Positions 10,884 to 21,611 of a DNA stretch of 60,016 nucleotides are shown here, piece by piece (within the stretch, counting starts at the first letter, position 1; every line of letters starts with the position of its first letter). Below the pieces are notes generated by a model. That model was not told the DNA's origin and searched no databases. It saw nothing but the letters and a program-made list of their open reading frames with translations. The position numbers were made by a program, and so were the translations under genes. Where the stretch lies: assembly GCA_902477645.1 (NCBI GenBank), contig CABSIA010000001.1, positions 1 to 60,016 on the forward strand. The letters are read 5' to 3'. Source of the stretch: an uncultured Prevotella sp. (lineage in GTDB: Bacteria > Bacteroidota > Bacteroidia > Bacteroidales > Bacteroidaceae).

Positions 10884-11051
10884 ATGAAACAAAAAATCCT
10901 GTCACTTCTCAGAGAACACAAACACCGTGAGGCATTCTGGGCAGCAGCCGAAAATGTAACTACCGGCACCGACAAAAGCCCACACCTGACAGGCAGAGAG
11001 ACAATAATCACTATATTTGAAACCATCACATGTAAACAAGGCAACTTATGA
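10884..11051 (+). CDS. Putative 55-aa small protein coupled to the response regulator
   Basis: ATG follows a TATATTTG promoter (10842-10849); its TGA overlaps the response regulator ATG (ATGA). Confidence 0.45.
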   Translation: MKQKILSLLREHKHREAFWAAAENVTTGTDKSPHLTGRETIITIFETITCKQGNL

Positions 11052-11728
11052 AAATTCTGGTAGTTGAAGACGAGCAGGCATTGCGGCAGGTAATAGTCCA
11101 ATCGCTGGAAAAAGAGCGTTACGTGGTAGAGTGCGCCTCTACTTTCCGTGAGGCTTCCAACAAAATGAGCTGGTACGACTACGACTGCATAATATTAGAC
11201 ATTATGCTGCCTGACGGCAGCGGGCTGACTTTACTTAAAGAACTGAAAAAGCGGCGAAAAAAGGCAAATGTCATAATAGTTTCAGCCAAAGACTCCATCG
11301 ACGACAAGGTCTCAGGACTCGACCTCGGTGCCGACGACTATCTGGCTAAACCATTCCATCTCGCAGAGCTTAACGCCCGCATAAAAAGCGTAATCAGACG
11401 CAAGCAACAAGATGGCGAATTGCATCTCACGTTTGCAAACATCACAATATACCCCGACCAGCATACAGCGTTTGTAGACGGGAACTCACTTACACTGAAC
11501 CGTAAAGAATTTGACATTTTATATTATTTTATATCAAATCCCAACCGACTAATCAGCAAGGCTACCTTGGCAGAGTCTGTATGGGGCGACTACATAGACC
11601 AGGCCGACAGCTTCGACTTTATCTACAGCCAAGTTAAAAACCTGCGGAAAAAGCTCAAAACCGCAGGAGCCACCGCGGAAATAAAAGCAGTCTACGGATT
11701 CGGATATAAAATGACAGACGAGGAATAA
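11048..11728 (+). CDS. OmpR/PhoB-family response regulator
   Basis: KILVVEDE, ILDIMLPDGSG, GADDYLAKPF, C-terminal winged helix AVYGFGY. Confidence 0.95.
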   Translation: MKILVVEDEQALRQVIVQSLEKERYVVECASTFREASNKMSWYDYDCIILDIMLPDGSGLTLLKELKKRRKKANVIIVSAKDSIDDKVSGLDLGADDYLAKPFHLAELNARIKSVIRRKQQDGELHLTFANITIYPDQHTAFVDGNSLTLNRKEFDILYYFISNPNRLISKATLAESVWGDYIDQADSFDFIYSQVKNLRKKLKTAGATAEIKAVYGFGYKMTDEE

Positions 11729-11732
11729 GGCC

Positions 11733-13004
11733 ATGAAACTCATCCACTACACCCTACGCATCCTCTTCATCCCCATGCTGGCAATATTTGCCTGTTGGGG
11801 CTGGGTGTTCTATCTGCTGATTCTGCATGAGGTCAACGACGAGACCGACGACACCTTGGAAAACTACAAGGAGATAATCATACGGTCTGCATTGACAGAC
11901 AGCACGTTGCTCAAGAACCATGCCGGCATCATGAGCCGATATTATATCTGCGAGGTGTCAAAGAAGGAGGCAAGACTAAACCACGATGAATTTTACGACT
12001 CAACAGAATATATCGAAATCGAGAAAGAGAACGAGCCTGTACGCGTGTTGCGCACGTATTTTATGACCGCCAAGCACAAGTATTACGAACTGACAATATC
12101 TATTTCGACATTAGAGAAAGAAGACATGATAGAGACCACTGTATGGAGCATGCTGGTGCTTTACATCCTCCTTTTAGGCTGCGTAATGCTCGTGATACAC
12201 CACGGATTCCGGAAAACTCTCGCCCCCCTATACAAACTGCTTGACTGGCTGAAGAATTTCCAAATCGGAAAAACTACCACTCCTTTGAACAACCCTACCC
12301 AGATTGAGGAGTTCAAGATATTGAACGATGCCGCACAGGAAAGTTTCGACCGCAGCAACAACCTGTATAACCGGCAAAAGCAATTTGTCGAGAATGTAGC
12401 CCACGAGCTGCAGACGCCTTTGGCAATATGCATGAACAAGCTGGAGCTGCTAAGCGAAAACCCGGACTGCACGGAAACGCAACTACAGGAGATTGGCGGA
12501 ATGCACCATACCTTAAGCAACATCATACGGCTGAACCGAACACTGCTTCTGCTCTCCCGTATAGAGAACAGGCAATTTCCCGAAACCCGCAAAATATGCG
12601 TCAACAGCCTTATCCACAAAATGACGGAAGAGATAAACGACGTTTATGAGGACAAGGCCATAAAGCTGCAAATTGCAGAGGAAGGCACGCTGGTCTGCGA
12701 CATGAACGAGTCGCTGGCAGCAACGCTCATAGCCAATCTTCTGAAAAATGCGTATGTCCACAATCAGTTTGACGGAACCATTGAGATCAAAATTACCCCA
12801 ACAAGCCTTTCGATAGCCAATACCGGTGAAGGCAAGCCGCTGGACGTAAGCATGCTGTATGGACGCTTTGTGCGCCAAAGTAGGCAGAAAGAATCAACAG
12901 GGCTGGGACTTGCCATCGTAAAATCCATAGCCGATCTATATTCCATCAGCATTGATTACCAGTATGAGGACAAGACTCATAAATTTTTGTTAAAATTTCA
13001 TTGA
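11733..13004 (+). CDS. Membrane sensor histidine kinase
   Basis: Two TM segments, H-box AHELQTPL, N-box NLLKNA, G-box STGLGLAIV. Confidence 0.95.
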   Translation: MKLIHYTLRILFIPMLAIFACWGWVFYLLILHEVNDETDDTLENYKEIIIRSALTDSTLLKNHAGIMSRYYICEVSKKEARLNHDEFYDSTEYIEIEKENEPVRVLRTYFMTAKHKYYELTISISTLEKEDMIETTVWSMLVLYILLLGCVMLVIHHGFRKTLAPLYKLLDWLKNFQIGKTTTPLNNPTQIEEFKILNDAAQESFDRSNNLYNRQKQFVENVAHELQTPLAICMNKLELLSENPDCTETQLQEIGGMHHTLSNIIRLNRTLLLLSRIENRQFPETRKICVNSLIHKMTEEINDVYEDKAIKLQIAEEGTLVCDMNESLAATLIANLLKNAYVHNQFDGTIEIKITPTSLSIANTGEGKPLDVSMLYGRFVRQSRQKESTGLGLAIVKSIADLYSISIDYQYEDKTHKFLLKFH

Positions 13005-13015
13005 TATAGGCTAAA

Positions 13016-13050
13016 TTCCCAAATCTTTCCCAAATGTCACCATACATTTG
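13016..13050 (+). promoter_or_regulatory. Direct repeat operator plus -7 box upstream of the PepSY-like gene
   Basis: TTCCCAAAT at 13016-13024 and 13027-13035 (11-bp period), then TACATTTG at 13043-13050. Confidence 0.65.
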
Positions 13051-13082
13051 CGGTATCATTAACAATTTAACAAAAATACCGT

Positions 13083-13520
13083 ATGAGAAAACTATTTATT
13101 TTAGCCACATTTTTATTGTCGCTGACAATTGCTTTCGCTGGCAACGATAAGATTACAAAAGACACAAGCGTGCTGCCAACAGTCAGCCGCCAGTTCCTGT
13201 CACGTCATTTCGCAAAAATCCCTGTATCGCATATAAAAATAGAGAAAGCGCTGACGGGTATCGACAGCTACGACGTGATACTGACCGACGGAACAAACGT
13301 GGAGTTCAACCGCAAAGGAGAATGGAAAGAGGTGAAACGGCACAAAACCGCCATCCCTGCAGCCATCGTTCCAAAATCAATCCGGGAGTATGTCAAAAAG
13401 CATTATCCGTCGGCTGTTATCATCGCCATTGACAGAGACAGCCGGGAATACGAAGTTGACCTTAACAACAAAACCGAGCTGAAATTCAACCTCAAAGGCA
13501 AATTGACAGATATTGACTAA
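13083..13520 (+). CDS. Periplasmic PepSY-like / BLIP-like (DUF2874-type) protein
   Basis: Signal peptide; two repeats YDVILTDGTNVEFNRKGEW and YEVDLNNKTELKFNLKGK. Confidence 0.85.
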   Translation: MRKLFILATFLLSLTIAFAGNDKITKDTSVLPTVSRQFLSRHFAKIPVSHIKIEKALTGIDSYDVILTDGTNVEFNRKGEWKEVKRHKTAIPAAIVPKSIREYVKKHYPSAVIIAIDRDSREYEVDLNNKTELKFNLKGKLTDID

Positions 13521-13555
13521 TAGTAACCCATTGGCGGAAAAACTATGCAAAATAT

Positions 13556-13640
13556 GCAACGGCTTCATCTGCCATCGCAAGCGGTTTCAACGGCAAACGC
13601 AAGCGGCTTCAATGTCCAATGAAGCCGCTTGCGTTTTTTC
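13556..13640. repeat. REP-like palindromic cluster / bidirectional terminator between convergent genes
   Basis: Perfect 17-bp stem 13595-13611 / 13620-13636, preceded by two degenerate GCAAGCGGCTTCA copies. Confidence 0.75.
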
Positions 13641-13711
13641 TTATAGGAATAGCCTTCCCTGTTCACATTTTTTATTTAGTTCCGCCAACGGATTATTCCT
13701 ATACGAAATTT

Positions 13712-15442
13712 TTATCGGGCAAGCCAACTCTCGGGGTTCAGTTTGGTTTTCTCTTTATATAGCCGGAACTGAAGCACATTATCGGCACCTATTGAGCCTA
13801 AGGTCTGACGTGTGCGCACCTGCTGCCCTTTTGACACCGAAACCGATTTCAGATTACAATAGACGGAGATATATGCGCCATGACGAACCATGACTACCAT
13901 TGAGCCGGAATAGCCGAACACGGCACTAACCTCGCCATCGTAGACACAACGTGCCTGGCAGCCGGCCGAGCCCATCAAGTTGATGCCTTTGTTATCGAGG
14001 GTTACGCCACGCAATCCCTCAACATTATAATTGCCATAATGGGTAACTATCCGGCAATTTCCCGTAACGGGCATAGGCAGCCGTCCCCGGTTTGCCTCAA
14101 ATCCGTTGCTCATCATACGGTCGGCAGAGCTGAATTTCGCCATTTTATCGGCATTTTCCTTTGCCTCGGCAATTTCTTTGCGGCTCCGCTCAGCCTCTGT
14201 TTTAGCTTTCAGCTCAGCGGCATGGCGTTGTGCCTCTGCCTCACGCGCAGCCTGCTCCGCACGCTCTTTGCGCTCCATTGCCTCGCGCTCTGCTTTCTTA
14301 GCAGCATTCCGCTCCGCAGTGGCTTTTTTGGCAGAAGCGTCACGCTCGGCAGCCTCACGTGCTTTCCGTGCGGCAGCCTCTGCCTGTACCGCCTTGCGGG
14401 CCTCTTCCTTCAGTTTCTCCTCACGGGCTTTGGCCTCGGCAATTCGCCGCGCGTTCTCACGTGCCGCAGCCTCGGCTGCAGCTTTCTTGCGTGCCAGCTC
14501 AGCCTCCCTCCTCCGCGCAGCCTCGGCTGCTGCGGCTTTACGCTTTGCCTCTGCCTCAGCGCGGAGACGTGCCTTCTCCACCTCCTGAGCCACGAGACGG
14601 TCTATCTGCGCATTGAGAGCGGCATCTTTCTTTTGCTGGCCGGCAATGATGCTCTTAATTGTTTTCTGCTGTTTTTGCAGTCCTTTCACCACTTCCTGCT
14701 GCTCTGCCTCTTTTGCCTGAAGCTGGCTCTTTTCCTGTTTTCCTTTTGAGAGAATTACATTTTTGTGATTTTTTGCATCCTGCAGCTGTTTTTGTTTGTT
14801 TTCCACCTCAAGGCGTTTCGCCCTCACCTGCTCGCCCTGAGCTTTCTGGTACGACGCATATTCACGGACAAAACGCAGACGGCGGTACATTTGGGCAAAG
14901 TCATTGGCTGAGAAAATAAACATCAGCTTGTCCTGGACAGAACTGTGACTGGCTATATACCGCATGGATTTTATATATTTCTGCTGACGCTCGCGAAGCT
15001 GCTGCTGCAGGGTGCTGAGCTGCGATGTGAGCATATCAATATTTCCGTCGATGTGTGCAATGTCCTTCTCTATATTTTCGATAGACTTCTGGCGGTCCTC
15101 GATTTCACTGTTAATGACGAAGAGATTTTTCAGACGGTTTTTAACATCCGCCTGATTTTCCCTCAATGCTTTTTCCTGTTCCTTTATTTTTTTCTGTATA
15201 TCAGCCCTTTGGCTCTGAAGCCCGCGTATGGAAGCATTGGTATACACAGTTGTTTTATTGCCAGTCTGTTTCTTGCCAGATCCTGACCGCTTCTTGGAAG
15301 AAGTCTTAGTTGATGTAGATTTTTTTGCAGTTGTCCTTGTCACTGCCGTCTTGCTTCTGCCCGACGTTGTTTTACGCTGGGCAGTAGCAGGAATTGACAA
15401 AATTGCCACAAGAAAAAATATTATCAGTCTTTTCATTATCAT
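13712..15442 (-). CDS. EnvC-like murein hydrolase activator (coiled coil + degenerate M23 domain)
   Basis: Signal peptide, long coiled coil, NRGRLPMPV, NKGIN lacking the M23 zinc His residues. Confidence 0.88.
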   Translation of the reverse strand: MIMKRLIIFFLVAILSIPATAQRKTTSGRSKTAVTRTTAKKSTSTKTSSKKRSGSGKKQTGNKTTVYTNASIRGLQSQRADIQKKIKEQEKALRENQADVKNRLKNLFVINSEIEDRQKSIENIEKDIAHIDGNIDMLTSQLSTLQQQLRERQQKYIKSMRYIASHSSVQDKLMFIFSANDFAQMYRRLRFVREYASYQKAQGEQVRAKRLEVENKQKQLQDAKNHKNVILSKGKQEKSQLQAKEAEQQEVVKGLQKQQKTIKSIIAGQQKKDAALNAQIDRLVAQEVEKARLRAEAEAKRKAAAAEAARRREAELARKKAAAEAAARENARRIAEAKAREEKLKEEARKAVQAEAAARKAREAAERDASAKKATAERNAAKKAEREAMERKERAEQAAREAEAQRHAAELKAKTEAERSRKEIAEAKENADKMAKFSSADRMMSNGFEANRGRLPMPVTGNCRIVTHYGNYNVEGLRGVTLDNKGINLMGSAGCQARCVYDGEVSAVFGYSGSMVVMVRHGAYISVYCNLKSVSVSKGQQVRTRQTLGSIGADNVLQFRLYKEKTKLNPESWLAR

Positions 15443-15472
15443 TGCACGTTGTGAAAGAATGAGACATGCCCA

Positions 15473-16369
15473 TTATTTAGAAAACAATTTACCCAAAATA
15501 TCTGTAGCCTCAACTTTCTTATATTTTGATGACACAGTGGTGTGCACATCCCATTTGTCGTCGGTCTTTATGTTGCCCATATCGAGAGTCAGCGACGTGG
15601 TGCCCTTAGTTTTTATAGCAGTAGTGGTAAACGAGAACGACTGGTAGGCGGGAAACATCTTGCCGTCTACAGACTTAAACTTGGAATAGTCCCAGTGCAG
15701 CGCAGAATTACCATGCGACAGGCTTTTATAGGCAACCTCGGCTACAGATATCTGCCCGTTCTCTGCATCTGCAATCCATACAAACTCCATGTTGCCATTA
15801 GAAAAGGAGATATTTCTTTTACCTGCAGAGGCTGCGTCTGAGACCGTAAAATCCATAAGCTGCGCATCTTCCAGCTTTTGCTTGCCGGGCATAAACAACT
15901 GGTTCCAGAACAACGCCTGCAATGAATAGAAATTGAGCCCGTTGCCCTTCAGGAAATCCACATCATTGTAATTTGCCTTGATATATTCTTTGTGCATCCG
16001 GTCTACAACGAGCACATAGTCGGGCGTAAACTCTATTCGTCCCACCTCGCTGCCAAGAAACGGTATAAAAGCCTGAATGCGTATCACCTCGTTATAGCGC
16101 ATGGAGAGGGAGCCTGGTGCTGAAATTTCCTTGCTGCCTGCCTTTACTGTGAGCGTCATCTTGCCAACGATATTTTTGGCGGTGACTTTCTGATTGTCCA
16201 CTTTCTGCACAAAAGCAAGCGAGCGTACCTGTCCGTTGTCTTTAGCGGCAACTTCTGATTTACTGCCTGAAGTTTTGTCTGCAACTTTCTTGTGCGACGC
16301 ACATCCTACAAATTCGAACGATGCGGCAATGGCTATTGCCATAACCACACATTTAGTCAATATTCTCAT
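15473..16369 (-). CDS. DUF4292-like lipoprotein
   Basis: Lipobox-like VGC; EVGRIEFTPDYVLVVDR and LQALFWNQLF; dut-TPR-DUF4292-envC order. Confidence 0.75.
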   Translation of the reverse strand: MRILTKCVVMAIAIAASFEFVGCASHKKVADKTSGSKSEVAAKDNGQVRSLAFVQKVDNQKVTAKNIVGKMTLTVKAGSKEISAPGSLSMRYNEVIRIQAFIPFLGSEVGRIEFTPDYVLVVDRMHKEYIKANYNDVDFLKGNGLNFYSLQALFWNQLFMPGKQKLEDAQLMDFTVSDAASAGKRNISFSNGNMEFVWIADAENGQISVAEVAYKSLSHGNSALHWDYSKFKSVDGKMFPAYQSFSFTTTAIKTKGTTSLTLDMGNIKTDDKWDVHTTVSSKYKKVEATDILGKLFSK

Positions 16370-18096
16370 TTCGCAATATATTTTCTACGTTTTATTTTTC
16401 TTGCAAGCAATTTGCTGTCTCCACCCCGTTTCTGAGCCTCCGTCCATAGCCCTACGGCTTTATCCATATTGCCCGAAAGCGCATAGATGTCTCCGGCATG
16501 CTCGTATATGTCAGGATGAGATTTCTCGGTGGAATCGTTTGAAATTGCCCTGTCGATATATATTCTCGCCTCCTCATAGCGTTGCTGTCTAAATAAAATC
16601 CAGGCGTATGTGTCGAGATACGTTGTCGACATAGGCTCTGCCTGAATGGTCTTTACGCTCATTTCCTCAGCCTTTTTAAGATCTTTGCCATCTATGCTGA
16701 GATAATAGGCATAGTTGTTAAGGCTGCTGATATTGTCCGGTTTCCACTGCAGACAACTGTCGAATGCTGCAAAAGCCTCGTTATGAAGTCCTTTCCTATA
16801 GAGTATCTCACCCATAATAGAATAAAACTCGCTGACAATATTAGGATCACTTTTATCATTAATCTCAGCAACTCCCTTGCGGAAATAACCAAGCGCCCGG
16901 TCTTCGTCGCCTTTTTGAAAACAGGCCACACCCGAGAAGTAATAAAATGCCATCTCATCGGGATTGTAAAGCATGCCAGGTATTGACATTTCCAACATCT
17001 CATCCCATTTTTCCGAGCTCCACAAGCCCTGTATGAGCTGAAAACGCGCGCCTGCATTGTCGGGTGCCTTTTCGAGAAGCTGAGTAAACACAGCATTTAT
17101 CTCCGGCTCGCCGAACTTTTTCATCGTCATGTACGCAATTTTCATTTCCAACAAACCTGTATCATCGGGCGATGCCTCAATAATCTTATCGAACAGCTGC
17201 ATCATCTTTATGCTGTCGCCTCCCTGTTGCTCGTTATCTTGTATCGCCTGCCGCAGCATTTGGAGCTTATTCTCAGTAGGTGTTGCCTTACCCACCAAAA
17301 TACGCTCCATCATATCGGATGCTTTTACTGTATCGCCTATTTGCCGATAATAATCATAAAGTGAGCTTTGTGCGCCGGCATTGTTTGGCTCTTCCGAAAG
17401 AGCCTTTGTGAAAACATCAAAAGCCTCGTCATTTCGTCCTTTTTGCAACAGCCAGTTGCCAAGCATTACCCTGTAGCTGATATCGTATGGATGGTTGTCG
17501 GCAATCTGCTTCAACACGCCGTATGCCTTCAGGCTGTCGCCCGTCATCTCGTAAACCATCACCTTTGTCAGCGTAATATCCTCGCTCTCGCCCTCAGCCC
17601 GCTCCAAACGGTCAAGTATCTCGAGCATTTTAGCATAGTTTTTCTTCTGCTGCCAAAGATGAAGGAGCACCTTAAGCCCGTCGGTTCTGTCGCTATGCAC
17701 ATCGCACAAACGGGTATAGGCATCAATTGCCTTGTCGGTATTGCCTGTTCCAAAATATAACCGCGCAAGAGTTTCCTGATAGTCCTCATTTTTTGGTGAC
17801 AGAGCTACAGCTTTCTCCAAAGATGCCACGGCAAGCGAGTCCTGCTGCATCTGCAAAAGATACTTGGCCATTTGATAATGAGCCTCTGGCGATGCCGGTT
17901 TTATGCCGATGGCATGGCGCAAAAGCTCAAAGGCAGACACATAGTCGCCCATGCTCTGCTTACGCATTGCCTCAAGGAAAAAATACTGATATCTCTGTGC
18001 GTCGGTTTCCTTTTTGTCTTCTGTAAGCAAACCCGCATAAAGATGAAGAGGCAACGAGAAAAATAAAGCCAATAATAATCCGAATGCTTTTTTCAT
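16366..18096 (-). CDS. Tetratricopeptide repeat protein
   Basis: Multiple TPR helices; LNNYAYYL and YLDTYAWIL. Confidence 0.9.
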   Translation of the reverse strand: MKKAFGLLLALFFSLPLHLYAGLLTEDKKETDAQRYQYFFLEAMRKQSMGDYVSAFELLRHAIGIKPASPEAHYQMAKYLLQMQQDSLAVASLEKAVALSPKNEDYQETLARLYFGTGNTDKAIDAYTRLCDVHSDRTDGLKVLLHLWQQKKNYAKMLEILDRLERAEGESEDITLTKVMVYEMTGDSLKAYGVLKQIADNHPYDISYRVMLGNWLLQKGRNDEAFDVFTKALSEEPNNAGAQSSLYDYYRQIGDTVKASDMMERILVGKATPTENKLQMLRQAIQDNEQQGGDSIKMMQLFDKIIEASPDDTGLLEMKIAYMTMKKFGEPEINAVFTQLLEKAPDNAGARFQLIQGLWSSEKWDEMLEMSIPGMLYNPDEMAFYYFSGVACFQKGDEDRALGYFRKGVAEINDKSDPNIVSEFYSIMGEILYRKGLHNEAFAAFDSCLQWKPDNISSLNNYAYYLSIDGKDLKKAEEMSVKTIQAEPMSTTYLDTYAWILFRQQRYEEARIYIDRAISNDSTEKSHPDIYEHAGDIYALSGNMDKAVGLWTEAQKRGGDSKLLARKIKRRKYIAK

Positions 18097-18530
18097 TTCA
18101 CTCCTGTATGACCATAGCCTCCCTCGCCACGCACGGTATCGTCGAGAACCTCGACAGCAACAAACTCCGCAACCTCATGACGCGCAATAACCATCTGGGC
18201 TATGCGCTCACCGTCGTTGACGATGAAATCCTCGTTTGAAAAATTTATCAGCAGCACCATAATCTCCCCACGGTAATCGGAATCGATGGTGCCGGGTGAG
18301 TTCAAAACGGTGATACCTTTCTTGAATGCCAGACCGCTTCTCGGACGTATCTGAGCCTCATATCCCTGTGGCAACGCCATGAAAAGGCCTGTAGGAATAA
18401 GCCTGCGCTCAAGAGGTCTCAAAACAACTGGCTCACTGATATTTGCGCGCAAATCCATCCCCGCACTCTGCTCCGTCGCATAAGCCGGAAGAGGCTGGTG
18501 TCCCTTGTTGATAATTTTAATTTCTACCAT
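18093..18530 (-). CDS. dut: dUTP pyrophosphatase (start taken at MVEIKI)
   Basis: [33 protein letters not shown]. Confidence 0.97.
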   Translation of the reverse strand: MVEIKIINKGHQPLPAYATEQSAGMDLRANISEPVVLRPLERRLIPTGLFMALPQGYEAQIRPRSGLAFKKGITVLNSPGTIDSDYRGEIMVLLINFSNEDFIVNDGERIAQMVIARHEVAEFVAVEVLDDTVRGEGGYGHTGVK

Positions 18531-18611
18531 ATCGATTGTGTAATGGCGCAAAATTAGCAAAAAAAACTGAGAACTCAATGCTTTCTTGAGAATTATTAGT
18601 ACTTTTGTAGC

Positions 18612-19952
18612 ATGATGAACTGGAAACAACTGATATCGAACAAACGGCTCGGGCAGGAGCAAAGGCACAGCCTTGGTGACGACGACCGCACCGAATTCAA
18701 ACGTGACTACGACAGGCTGATATTCTCGGCCCCATTCCGCAGGCTGCAAAACAAAACGCAGGTGTTCCCGCTGCCTGGCAGCATTTTCGTACACAACAGG
18801 CTGACACACTCGCTTGAGGTTGCGTCGGTAGGAATGTCATTGGGCAACGATGTGTGCCAGTGTCTCAGCCGCAAACACCCGGAGCTGAAAGACACCCTGT
18901 TTCAGGAAATAGGTACAATAGTCTCTGCCGCATGCCTTGCCCACGACCTCGGCAATCCTCCTTTCGGCCACAGCGGAGAAAAGGCCATCCAGACATTTTT
19001 CTCGGAAGGCGCTGGAAAAGAAATAGAGAAAATGGTAAGTCCAGAGTTTTGGGCAGACATCACTCACTTTGAGGGCAATGCAAATGCGCTGCGCCTGCTC
19101 ACCCACCGTTTCAACGGACGGCGTGAAGGTGGCTTCGCCATGACATACTCCACTCTTGCAAGCATCGTGAAATATCCTTTCTCAAGCAGCATCGCCAACC
19201 GCCACGGCAAGTTCGGATTCTTTAAAAGCGAGGAAGCTACCTATCGCAAAATTGCCGATGAATTGGGCATTATCTGCAAATCGTCAGAAGGCGGAAAACT
19301 TGCATACACCCGCCATCCGCTGGTATATCTTGTAGAGGCAGCCGATGATATCTGCTACGAGATAATGGATATAGAGGATGCCCACAAGCTGAAGGTTCTG
19401 ACATTTGAGGAGACACGCAATCTGCTACTCGGCTTCTTCGATGAAAACACAAGAAACAGCATTGCCAGAAGAATAGAACACGAGGGAGTAGACGACAAAA
19501 ACGAGCAGGTTGTCTACATGCGCGCCAGAGCTATAAACAAACTTGAGACAGAATGCGTCAGAGTGTTCTGCGAGCACGAGGAGGAAATCCTGAGCGGAAC
19601 TTTCGAAGGCTCACTGACAGACCACATTGAGCCTACAGCAAGAGAGGCATACAGAAAATGCGCCGAGGTAAGCATGAAAAAAATCTATTGCAGCAAACCT
19701 GTACTCGACATAGAGCTGAGCGGTTACAAAATTATGGAGACATTGATGGAAACCCTGACACATGCCGCAATAAATCCGGAGCAATACCATTCCAAACAGC
19801 TCATCAGGAGGTTTAGCAGCCAATACGAGATAAACAGCCCAGACCTTGAGACCAGAATTATGTCGGTGATAGATTTCATAAGCGGAATGACAGACATATA
19901 CGCTCTCGACATCTATCAGAAAATCAACGGAATATCCCTACCAATAGTTTAA
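18612..19952 (+). CDS. dgt: dGTP triphosphohydrolase (HD domain)
   Basis: [44 protein letters not shown]. Confidence 0.95.
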   Translation: MMNWKQLISNKRLGQEQRHSLGDDDRTEFKRDYDRLIFSAPFRRLQNKTQVFPLPGSIFVHNRLTHSLEVASVGMSLGNDVCQCLSRKHPELKDTLFQEIGTIVSAACLAHDLGNPPFGHSGEKAIQTFFSEGAGKEIEKMVSPEFWADITHFEGNANALRLLTHRFNGRREGGFAMTYSTLASIVKYPFSSSIANRHGKFGFFKSEEATYRKIADELGIICKSSEGGKLAYTRHPLVYLVEAADDICYEIMDIEDAHKLKVLTFEETRNLLLGFFDENTRNSIARRIEHEGVDDKNEQVVYMRARAINKLETECVRVFCEHEEEILSGTFEGSLTDHIEPTAREAYRKCAEVSMKKIYCSKPVLDIELSGYKIMETLMETLTHAAINPEQYHSKQLIRRFSSQYEINSPDLETRIMSVIDFISGMTDIYALDIYQKINGISLPIV

Positions 19953-19954
19953 AA

Positions 19955-20434
19955 ATGGACAAACAAGCTCTCTATCAGCAACTCGTAAAACAAATTGAGG
20001 CTTTCGCCGGGGGAAACGACCATCCCGTAAGCATATTGGCAAACTGTGCGGCGGCCATGAAATGCATGTTCCCAAAAGAGTTCTTTTGGGTCGGGTTTTA
20101 TATCGTCAGCGGCGACAATCTGTTTCTTGGACCATTCCAAGGCACCCCGGCATGCACCCGCATAAAACTCGGGCGTGGCGTGTGCGGTACGGCATGGAAA
20201 GAAATGCGCACTCTCATAGTAGCCGATGTCCATGAGTTTGAAGGCCACATCGCCTGCTCATCTCTTTCACAGTCAGAAATTGTCGTGCCGATAATCCATA
20301 ACGGCAAAATGGTTGGCGAAATAGATATCGACAGCTCTGACAAAAACACATTCGACGATACAGACAAATTGTATCTCGAGCAAATAGCCACAGTTTTGTC
20401 AAGCACGCTATCTTCCTTTGAACGTATTGTATAA
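19955..20434 (+). CDS. GAF-domain free methionine-(R)-sulfoxide reductase-like protein
   Basis: WVGFY, LGPFQG, GRGVCG, HIAC, SEIVVP, DIDS. Confidence 0.88.
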   Translation: MDKQALYQQLVKQIEAFAGGNDHPVSILANCAAAMKCMFPKEFFWVGFYIVSGDNLFLGPFQGTPACTRIKLGRGVCGTAWKEMRTLIVADVHEFEGHIACSSLSQSEIVVPIIHNGKMVGEIDIDSSDKNTFDDTDKLYLEQIATVLSSTLSSFERIV

Positions 20435-20502
20435 CCGCAACCTGAACTTAATTTTGTCCAAGAGTCTTTAATGAAAAGCTATACAGCAGTCCACGGCATA
20501 TA

Positions 20503-20557
20503 AAAAAACAGCCAGTGCAGAAAATATATCTTATGAATTTCAGCACTGGCTGTTTTT
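20503..20557. terminator. Bidirectional terminator between convergent genes
   Basis: AAAACAGCCAGTGC ... GCACTGGCTGTTTT inverted repeat. Confidence 0.7.
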
Positions 20558-20567
20558 GATAGTCTTT

Positions 20568-21560
20568 TTAGCCTCTGTCTGGATAAATCACTTTGTTTGC
20601 GCCGCTCGTAATCTGCAGAGCCTCAGGATGCTCGTTGATGAAGCTGTCAATATGGCGCACGCGCTTATCCTCCAGTATCTCGTCGACGGCAATAAGTATT
20701 CCTGTCTCCTCGACATCGCCGAAACCGTAGTTGATTGCTGTACCGAACAGGCGCATTGTGGGGCTGAGGTTCATGTAGGCATTTACGAGTGGCGGAATAT
20801 TGTAGCCAAGACGACGTATCTCACGGTTCAGAATACGGTAGTCGGCCTTGAAGTCATCTTCGCAGAACAGAGTCGCAAGCTCCATAGGATCAGACTCTAT
20901 TCTCAGCGGTTTCAACGGGACAATGAGATTGTCCTTGTCGTCGAAATGCTTCTTGAGGAAATAGAGTATCATGTCACGCCCGCGGCGGATGTACGACGGA
21001 TACATCGTAACCTTGCCGAAGAAATATCTCACCTCCGGATTTATAACCGTCAGTGCTCCGAGTCCGTCCCAAAGATTGTCGAGGGCGAAGATGCTCTTAG
21101 TGTTGCACCTCACATTCTGGTATTCCAACGACACAAAAGAGCGGCCCAGCTCAACGGTATAAGGCGCATATTCTCTCATGAACTTTTCTGAGAAATGGAA
21201 CATGTGGCTTGTAGCCAGTTTTGGCTGACCGGCATCGTCAATTTGCCAGTCGCTGCCGAACAGGTACCTGTATCCGCCAATTATCTCCTGTGCGTCGGGG
21301 TTCCAGACAATGAGCTGTTTGCAGCAGTTGGGCATAGTGTCGAACTCGTCAATATCTACAGCCTTGCCTGTTCCGCCGCCTGCCGTGCGGAAAGCCAACT
21401 CACGCAACCGTCCAATCTCTCTCATCACGTTAGGAGAATCGTGAGCCGTAATGACGTAGATCTCATTATTGCTCTTATTTGTCATGCGGAGCTGCTTTTC
21501 TGGTGTTAGCTCACTCAGCAGCAACTCTTTGCTCACAGGCTGAATAATTTCTTCTTCCAT
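20568..21560 (-). CDS. GNAT-family N-acyltransferase ('hemolysin'; probable glycine-lipid N-acyl synthase)
   Basis: IGRLRELAFR, IIGGYR, VELGRSF, IPPLVNAY motifs of the OlsB/Acetyltransf_5 type. Confidence 0.8.
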   Translation of the reverse strand: MEEEIIQPVSKELLLSELTPEKQLRMTNKSNNEIYVITAHDSPNVMREIGRLRELAFRTAGGGTGKAVDIDEFDTMPNCCKQLIVWNPDAQEIIGGYRYLFGSDWQIDDAGQPKLATSHMFHFSEKFMREYAPYTVELGRSFVSLEYQNVRCNTKSIFALDNLWDGLGALTVINPEVRYFFGKVTMYPSYIRRGRDMILYFLKKHFDDKDNLIVPLKPLRIESDPMELATLFCEDDFKADYRILNREIRRLGYNIPPLVNAYMNLSPTMRLFGTAINYGFGDVEETGILIAVDEILEDKRVRHIDSFINEHPEALQITSGANKVIYPDRG

Positions 21561-21611
21561 TGCTTTCAGGTTTAAGTATTTGTCCTTAACACAAGATAAC
21601 AGATTAATATT

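Noticed and set aside
14100..14600. Ala/Glu/Lys/Arg-rich repetitive DNA
   Set aside because: Ordinary coiled-coil linker of the EnvC-like protein.
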